From the NCBI GenBank assembly GCA_035576505.1, contig DATLWH010000298.1, positions 1-37,641 of the forward strand: a DNA stretch of 37,641 nucleotides. Direction: 5' to 3'. The notes beneath the pieces were generated by a model. That model did no database searches. It saw only the letters and a list, made by a program, of their open reading frames with translations, and had not been told where the DNA came from. The position numbers and the translations under genes were made by a program. The DNA is from Thermoanaerobaculia bacterium. Its GTDB lineage: Bacteria > Acidobacteriota > Thermoanaerobaculia > Gp7-AA8. Positions 7,470 to 14,510 of the stretch are shown in pieces; the first letter of the stretch is position 1, and the number at the start of each line of letters is the position of its first letter.

Positions 7470-8676
7470 AGCGGTCGTGACCGGGCTGGGCGTCATCTCG
7501 GCCATTGGTCAGGGGAAGGCTTCATTTATGAACGCGTTGCTTGCGGGCGAGACCGCTTTCGGCGTGATGCGGCGCCCGGGCCGCCAGAACGAATCCGCGT
7601 ATCTCGGCGCGGAGATTCTGGAAATCGGTTTCCCTCAAGCGATCACCAGGCAGACGTTGCGCGCGGCCTCGCTTTCTGTGCAGGTGGCTCTGTTCGTACT
7701 GCTGGAGGCGTGGATCGAGGCGCGGTTATACGACGTCGATCCTCGCCGGATCGGCCTCATCGTGGGCGGCTCGAACATTCAGCAGCGCGAATTGACCCAG
7801 GTTCATGAGGCCTATCGCGACTCTCCGGCGTTTCTGCGGCCCACGTACGCCCTGTCGTTCATGGATTCGGATCTCTGTGGCTTTTGTACGGCGCAGTTCG
7901 GAATACGCGGTCTGGCCTACACTGTGGGCGGCGCATCGGCGAGCGGTCAACTGGCGATCGTTCAGGCGGCGCAGGCGGTCGTCACAAAACAGGTCGATGT
8001 CTGTATCGCGGTGGGCGCGCTGATGGATCTGTCGCATTGGGAGTGCCGGGGATTGCGGGCGCTGGGGGCGATGGGGTCGGATCGCTATGCGAACGAGCCC
8101 GCGCTGGCTTGCCGTCCCTTCGACAGGGACCACGACGGATTCATTTTCGGCGAGTCCTGCGGAGCGGTGGTGATCGAGTCGCTGGAGTCGAGTCAGAGCC
8201 GGGGTCTGAAGCCTTACGCAACGTTGCGCGGCTGGGGAATCGCCATGGACGGCAACCGCAATCCCAATCCCTCGCTCGAGGGAGAAATGCAGGCCATTCA
8301 GATCTCACTCGATGCAGCCGGATGGGCGCCCGCGCAGATCGACTATGTGAATCCGCACGGCACGGCCTCGGTCGTCGGCGACGAAACCGAGCTGAAAGCA
8401 CTGCAGGCCTCCGGATTGTCGGGAGTTTTTTTAAACGCGACCAAGTCACTTATTGGTCACGGTCTCAGCGCCGCTGGTACGGTGGAAGTGATTGCCACAC
8501 TGCTGCAGATGCGGGCCGGGCGGTTGCATCCAACCCGCAATCTGGAGAATCCTATCGAGCCGACGCTCAATTGGGTCAAAGACAAGTCGGTCGAGCATCA
8601 AATCGAGAATGCGTTGACGCTGAGCATGGGATTCGGCGGGATCAATACGGCTCTGTGCTGGCAGCGGCAGAATTAG
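7459..8676 (+). CDS. Non-elongating ketosynthase with active-site Cys replaced by Ser (KS-S, malonyl-ACP decarboxylase; PksF/CurC/TaK-like).
   Basis: The fold is a thiolase/KS fold. The active-site position reads GGASASG, with the Ser codon at 7936-7938 where KSs carry Cys. Both catalytic His contexts are kept (NPHGTAS and KSLIGHGLSAAG). Confidence 0.85.
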   Translation: MQPEAVVTGLGVISAIGQGKASFMNALLAGETAFGVMRRPGRQNESAYLGAEILEIGFPQAITRQTLRAASLSVQVALFVLLEAWIEARLYDVDPRRIGLIVGGSNIQQRELTQVHEAYRDSPAFLRPTYALSFMDSDLCGFCTAQFGIRGLAYTVGGASASGQLAIVQAAQAVVTKQVDVCIAVGALMDLSHWECRGLRALGAMGSDRYANEPALACRPFDRDHDGFIFGESCGAVVIESLESSQSRGLKPYATLRGWGIAMDGNRNPNPSLEGEMQAIQISLDAAGWAPAQIDYVNPHGTASVVGDETELKALQASGLSGVFLNATKSLIGHGLSAAGTVEVIATLLQMRAGRLHPTRNLENPIEPTLNWVKDKSVEHQIENALTLSMGFGGINTALCWQRQN

Positions 8677-8679
8677 CTC

Positions 8680-9456
8680 ATGACCCTTGCCGCCTACGAG
8701 ACGATCAAGGTGGAATTCCAGGATTCGATCTGTTTCTTGCAGATCGACCGGCCTGACGCGAACAACACGATCAACAGCGAGCTCATCACCGAGTGCAATG
8801 ATGTGCTGTCGGTGTGCGAGCAGTCCGCAACTGTCGTCGTATTGAGTGGCTCGCCGGAAGTGTTCTGCTTTGGCGCCGATTTCAAGGCCATCGCCCGCGT
8901 ATCGAAGACGGAGCAGGCCGAGGACGAGGGCCCGGGGCCGCTGTATGACTTGTGGCTGCGCATTGCGTCCGGTCCGTACGTGACGATCTCGCATGTGCGC
9001 GGCAAGGTGAATGCGGGAGGCGTGGGGTTCGTCGCAGCGAGCGATATCGTTCTCGCCGACGAGACCGCGGTGTTCAGTTTGTCCGAGCTGCTGTTCGGGC
9101 TGAACCCTGCGTGCGTGCTGCCGTTCCTCATCCGCCGCATCGGGTTTCAAAAGGCGAATTTACTAACGCTGATGACACAGCCCATCTCGGCGAGGCAAGC
9201 CTGCGAATGGGGATTGGTGGACGCGGTCGAGCCGCAGAGCGATGTTCTGGTGCGTCGTTATTTGCAACGGTTGCGGCGACTGTCAAAGACCGCGATTCGA
9301 CGCTACAAGATCTACATGAGCCGCATCAACGTGCCCCTGGAAGCGCAGAGATCGCCGGCACTCGCCGCCAATCGGGAAGTTTTCTCCGACACCGACAATC
9401 TGCAAGCCATTGCCCGGTACGTCGACCACGGTATATTTCCGTGGGAAAAATCGTAG
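8680..9456 (+). CDS. Enoyl-CoA hydratase/crotonase family, ECH1-type (PksH/CurE-like HMG-ACP dehydratase).
   Basis: CFLQIDRPDANNTIN, EVFCFGADF, YVTISHVRGKVNAGGVGF, FSLSELLFGLNPACVLPFLIRRIG and the FPWE C-terminus closely resemble my recollection of B. subtilis PksH rather than PksI. Confidence 0.8.
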   Translation: MTLAAYETIKVEFQDSICFLQIDRPDANNTINSELITECNDVLSVCEQSATVVVLSGSPEVFCFGADFKAIARVSKTEQAEDEGPGPLYDLWLRIASGPYVTISHVRGKVNAGGVGFVAASDIVLADETAVFSLSELLFGLNPACVLPFLIRRIGFQKANLLTLMTQPISARQACEWGLVDAVEPQSDVLVRRYLQRLRRLSKTAIRRYKIYMSRINVPLEAQRSPALAANREVFSDTDNLQAIARYVDHGIFPWEKS

Positions 9457-9489
9457 GAGCGTCGACTGTCATTCTCCGAGACTGTATTC

Positions 9490-10422
9490 ATGTTCTCAGG
9501 CCAGGGGTCGCAGTACTTCCACATGGGAAAGGCACTGTACGATGGCAACGACACTTTCCGGGACTGGATGACCCGGCTCGACGAGATTGCACGGCAGTCA
9601 TCAGGCCAGTCGGTAATCGAGACCCTTTACTCCGGTGCTCACCGCATGGGAGATCCATTCGACCGCACCCTGCTCACGCATCCGGCAATTTTCATGGTGG
9701 AATACTCGCTCGCGCAGTCGTTGATTCACGCCGGCGTGCGGCCGGTCAAGGTCCTGGGCGTCAGCATGGGCTCGTTCGCCGCGGCGGCAGTGGCAGGTTT
9801 CATCGATGCCGGCGATGCATTGACCGCCGTGATCCGGCAGGCGATTGCGATCGAAGAAGGTGGCGAGCCGGGAGGCATGATCGCCGTCCTTGCCGACCCG
9901 GGGCTCTTTGCAGAGGACTTTCTCGGCGGCCGCAGCGAACTGGCGGCCGTCAATTTCTCTTCAAACTTCGTCGTGTCCGCAAGACAAACGGAGCTGGCCG
10001 AGATTGCAACGGCCCTAAAACAACGCAACGTCGCCCACCAACGGCTTCCGGTATCGTTTCCGTTTCATTCGCAGTGGATCGATCAGGCGAAATCGGCCTT
10101 CGGTTCTTTCATGACGTCGATTCCATGTAAGCGCGGCACGTTGCCGCTGGCCTGCTGTGACAAGACCACAATCTTGTCCGACCTGTCCGATGACTACTTC
10201 TGGAACGTCGTCCGTCACCCGATTCGATTCCGCGAAACCACCGCGCGGCTGGAACGAGAGGGTACTCACCGCTACATCGACGTCGGTCCCTCAGGAACCT
10301 TGGCCACCTTTCTGAAGTACGGGCTACCCGCAGCCACCGAATCGACGGTCCATTCCATTCTGACGCCTTTCGGCGTGGATCAGAAGAATCTGGCCGCCGT
10401 GTCGGCGTCGGGCGGACACTAG
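9490..10422 (+). CDS. Acyltransferase-family protein of the PksD/PedC-like clade (putative proofreading acyl hydrolase, AH).
   Basis: MFSGQGSQYFHMGKALY, THPAIFMVEYSLAQ, the nucleophile elbow GVSMGSFAAAAVAG (no His before the Ser), PVSFPFHS and GPSGTLATF all fit. The overall pattern matches PksD-type rather than FabD-type ATs. Confidence 0.8.
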   Translation: MFSGQGSQYFHMGKALYDGNDTFRDWMTRLDEIARQSSGQSVIETLYSGAHRMGDPFDRTLLTHPAIFMVEYSLAQSLIHAGVRPVKVLGVSMGSFAAAAVAGFIDAGDALTAVIRQAIAIEEGGEPGGMIAVLADPGLFAEDFLGGRSELAAVNFSSNFVVSARQTELAEIATALKQRNVAHQRLPVSFPFHSQWIDQAKSAFGSFMTSIPCKRGTLPLACCDKTTILSDLSDDYFWNVVRHPIRFRETTARLEREGTHRYIDVGPSGTLATFLKYGLPAATESTVHSILTPFGVDQKNLAAVSASGGH

Positions 10423-10427
10423 CCCCA

Positions 10428-11189
10428 ATGCGAGTCTTTGCCCTTTCGGACATCCACATCGACTACGCCGTGAACTCCAAGTGGATTGAAGGCCTGTCCG
10501 CCGTTGAATATCAGAACGATGTGCTCATTCTAGCCGGCGACGTGACCCACGCCCCGCGACGGCTGGAATGGTGCCTCAACACGCTCGCGAGGCGTTTTCA
10601 GAAAGTGCTCTTCGTTCCCGGAAACCATGACCTGTGGGTTATCCCCGAAGACCGTAAAAAGAATTCACTGCAAAAGTTCGACGATGTCTGCGCGTTGGTC
10701 GAATCGAGCGGCGCGTCGATGCAAGCGTTTCGCGAGCGGGGTCTGTCGATCATTCCACTGCTGGCCTGGTATGACTATTCCTTCGGCGAGCCGAGCGACG
10801 AATTGAGGTCGATCTGGATGGACTACCGCGCATGCCGTTGGCCGAGCGGATACACCGACAAAGACGTCGCCGTGCACTTTGCGGCGTTGAATGACAAACA
10901 CGTCAGCGTTCTGGGCGACACCGTCATCACGTACTCGCACTTTTTGCCACGCATTGATCTGATGCCGGCGGGCATCCCGCGCTCGGGCAAGCTCCTCTAT
11001 CCAATCCTGGGCTCGGCGAGACTGGACCGCCAGTTGCGAAGGCTAAACGCAAACATTCACGTCTACGGACATAGCCATGTGAACCGTCGCGTGAAGATCG
11101 ACGGCGTAACGTACATCAACAATGCATTCGGCTACCCCAGCGAGACCTGGATCACCTCGAAGGGCCTGATGAGTATCCATGAGTGGTAG
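10428..11189 (+). CDS. Calcineurin-like metallophosphoesterase.
   Basis: The full motif set is present: SDIHID, AGDVTH, GNHDLW, SHF and YGHSH. It overlaps the downstream PPTase start by 11 nt. Confidence 0.85.
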   Translation: MRVFALSDIHIDYAVNSKWIEGLSAVEYQNDVLILAGDVTHAPRRLEWCLNTLARRFQKVLFVPGNHDLWVIPEDRKKNSLQKFDDVCALVESSGASMQAFRERGLSIIPLLAWYDYSFGEPSDELRSIWMDYRACRWPSGYTDKDVAVHFAALNDKHVSVLGDTVITYSHFLPRIDLMPAGIPRSGKLLYPILGSARLDRQLRRLNANIHVYGHSHVNRRVKIDGVTYINNAFGYPSETWITSKGLMSIHEW

Positions 11190-12012
11190 TGCCGCGGACC
11201 GGCGCAGCCAGGCGGAGAGCGGGATCATCCCGCTCACGCCAGCCGAGATTCATGTATGGCTCGCTTTTTACGATGAAATCAGCGACGAGCGCCTGCATGC
11301 CGTCTATCGTCATCTGCTCGATGACGCGGAAAGGGAACAGGAACCACGCTTCTACTTCGCGCGCGACCGGTGTCGTTACCTGGTTACGCGGGCATTGGTG
11401 CGGACGGTATTGTCGCGCTACGCGCCCATCGCGCCCGAGGAATGGATGTTTTCCACGAATGCCTATGGGCGGCCGGCGATCGCGAACGATACTGCGCGCC
11501 ACCTATCGTTCAATATTTCGCACACGCACAGTCTGATTGTTCTCGGCGTGACCAGTCGGCGCGCGTTAGGGTTGGATGTCGAGAACGTCCGCGACCGGCC
11601 AGCGTCGATCGATATCGCGGCTCACTATTTCGCGCCACAGGAAGTTGCGGTGCTTACTGCCGCGCCGCCGCTTCAGCAGCAGGATCGATTTTTTGAGTAC
11701 TGGACGTTCAAGGAATCGTACATCAAGGCGCGGGGCATGGGTTTATCCCTGCCCCTCGACAAGTTCAGCTTTCACTACCCGGATGATCATGCCGTCGAGA
11801 TCGCCATCGATGCCGACCTGGCCGACGATGCGGCACGCTGGCAGTTCTGGCAGTTCCGGCCGAGGCCGGAATACCTGGTCGCGGTCTGCGCCGAGCGAGT
11901 CGGCGCTCAGCCTGCGAGTCTTATCGCTCGGCAGGCAATTCCTATGTTGGCTGACAAACCATTTGTTCTCGACTTCCTCCGGGTTTCAGAACACGCGCAA
12001 CAGGAGAGTTAG
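11179..12012 (+). CDS. Sfp-type 4'-phosphopantetheinyl transferase.
   Basis: FNISHTHSLIVLGV, GLDVE and FEYWTFKESYIKARGMGL (the W/KEA motif) are present. The stop TAG is immediately followed by the ATG of the next gene. Confidence 0.85.
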   Translation: MSGSAADRRSQAESGIIPLTPAEIHVWLAFYDEISDERLHAVYRHLLDDAEREQEPRFYFARDRCRYLVTRALVRTVLSRYAPIAPEEWMFSTNAYGRPAIANDTARHLSFNISHTHSLIVLGVTSRRALGLDVENVRDRPASIDIAAHYFAPQEVAVLTAAPPLQQQDRFFEYWTFKESYIKARGMGLSLPLDKFSFHYPDDHAVEIAIDADLADDAARWQFWQFRPRPEYLVAVCAERVGAQPASLIARQAIPMLADKPFVLDFLRVSEHAQQES

Positions 12013-12885
12013 ATGATCGCCTTTGTATTTCCCGGTCAAGGTTCACAGAAACGTGGGATGGGTCAAGGTTTGTTCGATGAAGTGCCTGAATATGCCGCGG
12101 TTGAGAAGGATGTCGACGCCATTCTCGGCTATTCAATGCGGGCGCTGTGTCTGGAGGACGCGGATAACCGTCTGAGACAGACACAATTCACTCAGCCCAG
12201 TCTCTACGTGGTCAATGCGCTGCACTACTACAAGGCGGCCGGCGAGGGTGCCCGGCCCGCGTACCTGGCGGGCCACAGTCTGGGCGAATACAACGCGCTG
12301 CTCGCGGCGGGCGTGTTCGATTTTCTGACTGGGCTCCGACTGGTGAAGAAGCGGGGGGAGTTGATGTCGCAGGCAAAGAATGGCGGCATGGGCGCGGTGA
12401 TCGGCCTGAGTGCCGGCGCGATTGCCAAGGTCGTAGCCGAGAGCGGACTGCAGAGTCTTGACATCGCCAATTTCAATACACCGTCGCAAACGGTGGTATC
12501 GGGCCCGGTCGACGACATCAGGCGCGCCGGTTCGTTCTTCGAGAAGGCAGGCGCCCAGATGTATATCCCGCTGCAGGTCAGCGCCGCCTTCCATTCGCGA
12601 TATATGGCGGATGCCGCGAACGTGTTCGGTGATTTTCTCGCACCGATGTCGTTTGCTCCGCCGAAAACGCCTGTCGTCGCCAACGTGACCGCCCAGCCGT
12701 ACCCTGCCGACGACAGTTCGGAGTCGGTCAAATCGCTGCTGGTGAATCAGATCACGCATTCCGTCCAATGGGCGCAGAGCATCAGCTTTCTCATCAGTCA
12801 GGGCGTCACGACATTCAGTGAACTGGGTCCTGGAAATGTGTTGACGCGGATGGTGCAACAGATTCAGCAGCGAAAAGCCGCCTGA
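12013..12885 (+). CDS. Malonyl-CoA:ACP transacylase, free-standing trans-AT (FabD-like).
   Basis: FVFPGQGSQ, GHSLGEYNAL and VSAAFHS are present. The size is 290 aa, and all PKS modules downstream lack AT domains. Confidence 0.9.
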   Translation: MIAFVFPGQGSQKRGMGQGLFDEVPEYAAVEKDVDAILGYSMRALCLEDADNRLRQTQFTQPSLYVVNALHYYKAAGEGARPAYLAGHSLGEYNALLAAGVFDFLTGLRLVKKRGELMSQAKNGGMGAVIGLSAGAIAKVVAESGLQSLDIANFNTPSQTVVSGPVDDIRRAGSFFEKAGAQMYIPLQVSAAFHSRYMADAANVFGDFLAPMSFAPPKTPVVANVTAQPYPADDSSESVKSLLVNQITHSVQWAQSISFLISQGVTTFSELGPGNVLTRMVQQIQQRKAA

Positions 12886-12928
12886 CGTATCGCCACGCTT
12901 GCCGAGGCGAATCCCTCGGGAGGAATCT

Positions 12929-14173
12929 ATGGGTAGGACAGCTCCGCGCCGTTCATTCATGATGCAGTACCGCGCGGAAGATTTCCCGCTCTACTTGTTG
13001 GGGCTGGTGCTCGCCGGCACGCTGATCGCGCCCGCACTTCCGAGCCGAAGTGAACAACTGTTGCTGGTTGCCGCTCTCTTGTACATGGTGGCGTTCTTCC
13101 TGATCAAGCACGGCGCGAAATTCGAGGTGCGCTTCTTTCACGATGTTCTCGAGGGGCTGACGCGCTATCCGGTCATGCTGGTGCGCAACTGGTGGATGGC
13201 CCGTCATGCCATAATCCCCATCACCGGCGTATTTTTGCTCGCGCTGACCGGCGAACGCTTCCTGCGTCCCGCGCTTGCCGGCACGAAGTGGCTCAATCGT
13301 TTTCCGTGGTGGTGGGTGGTGTGGACCGCGTTCCTGCTCATCACGTTGTTTCGGGTGACGATTCTGATCGCCCATCTGCTCCGTGCTTCGGTCGTTCGCG
13401 AAGTACTTGAGGACTCGGCGCAGAAAAAGATGATCGAAGTTTTGCCGATGCACCAGCATATCCTCCATGCGTTCATCACCGGCATGCTGGCGCATCTATC
13501 GGTGGTTGCGCCCTGCGTTTTGTTCTACATGCTGACCAAGCCGTCAAACTTGCGCGAGGTGTTGCTCGTAGCCGGCTATGTGGTCTGGTCGGGGGTGGCC
13601 CGCCCTCTGAAGAAGCGCAAGATCATCGAATCGCCGCCAAAAATCGGCTTCAACCTGGTATATCAGAATCATACGATCGCTCACAGGTCGCGGTTCTTTT
13701 TCACCGTTTTTCATGGTCATCACCATGATGCCATCCCGTCGGCATTGATCGGATCCGCCGGCGGAACGGGATTCTTTGAAAACGTCGATCGGGGACTGAC
13801 CTGGCTCGATTTCCTGAATAGCGTCGTGGTCATGCAAATCCTGTGGGGCTATTCGATTCTGTTCGACATGGTCGTTCATCAATACATCCCGGGCGTATTT
13901 CCCTTCGCCAAAGTAACGGTCCTCGGAACCGCTCACCACGTCACCCATCACTTCGGCAGCGCACTTCCTCTGGGACTGATCTTTAACGGGTATATCGAGA
14001 CCCGTGACTACGACAACGGCTACAAGTCGGACAACAAGGTGACCCGCTGGTTCGTCGATCAGGTGGAGCGGCGGGAGGGACTCGACCCGGAGCTCCGCAG
14101 GAAGTACCTGGCATTCGGTCCGACAACGTCTTCACTGTCCAGCGATGCCTCCACCCGTGCCGCGGCCGAATAA
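12929..14173 (+). CDS. Polytopic membrane His-box protein, paralog 2 of 2748-3965 (putative membrane di-iron oxygenase).
   Basis: The motifs are NHTIAH, FHGHHHDAIPS, VVHQYIPGV and TAHHVTHHFGS. It shares VREVL and HAFITGMLAH blocks with paralog 1. ATG 12929 is preceded by gggagg. Confidence 0.7.
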   Translation: MGRTAPRRSFMMQYRAEDFPLYLLGLVLAGTLIAPALPSRSEQLLLVAALLYMVAFFLIKHGAKFEVRFFHDVLEGLTRYPVMLVRNWWMARHAIIPITGVFLLALTGERFLRPALAGTKWLNRFPWWWVVWTAFLLITLFRVTILIAHLLRASVVREVLEDSAQKKMIEVLPMHQHILHAFITGMLAHLSVVAPCVLFYMLTKPSNLREVLLVAGYVVWSGVARPLKKRKIIESPPKIGFNLVYQNHTIAHRSRFFFTVFHGHHHDAIPSALIGSAGGTGFFENVDRGLTWLDFLNSVVVMQILWGYSILFDMVVHQYIPGVFPFAKVTVLGTAHHVTHHFGSALPLGLIFNGYIETRDYDNGYKSDNKVTRWFVDQVERREGLDPELRRKYLAFGPTTSSLSSDASTRAAAE

Positions 14174-14261
14174 GGGCCCATCACGTTGGTCGTTTCCTGT
14201 TCGGTAACCGATTTTGCCGCCTGATTTCATTCGCTGATATCTGCACGTCAAGAGCGCTACA

Positions 14262-14510
14262 ATGACGCAACAGGAACTGCACCGAGATTTGACCGAGTCC
14301 TATCTCAAATCTCTCATTGCCGAGGTTTGCGATTCTTTGAGCTCAGATTTCGACTCGTCGACGGCATTTGGTGAGCTGGGGATCGATTCATTCTATGTGT
14401 TGAAGATCGTCAGAAGGCTGGAGGCGGACTTCGGTACGTTGCCCAAGAGCCTTCTTTTCGAGCACTTCCGCATCAGCGAATTGGCGAACTACTTCGTCAC
14501 GAAACACGCC
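14262..14510 (+). other. ACP0, a carrier domain at the extreme N-terminus of the PKS.
   Basis: The motif is FGELGIDSFYVLKIVRRLE, with the Ser43 codon at 14388-14390. Confidence 0.8.

Noticed and set aside
7221-9490. A search for a hidden HMG-ACP synthase in alternative frames or gaps within the cassette.
   Set aside because: Gene junctions are 11-nt overlaps or 3-33 nt gaps, and the alternative-frame ORFs are compositional artefacts. There is no room for an HMGS of about 420 aa.
8952-10130. A 392-aa + strand ORF spanning the ECH and AT genes in another frame. The 7884-8756 and 5745-6395 ORFs are of the same kind.
   Set aside because: They are out of frame with genes carrying clear catalytic motifs, and their translations are low-complexity and Arg/Gly-rich.
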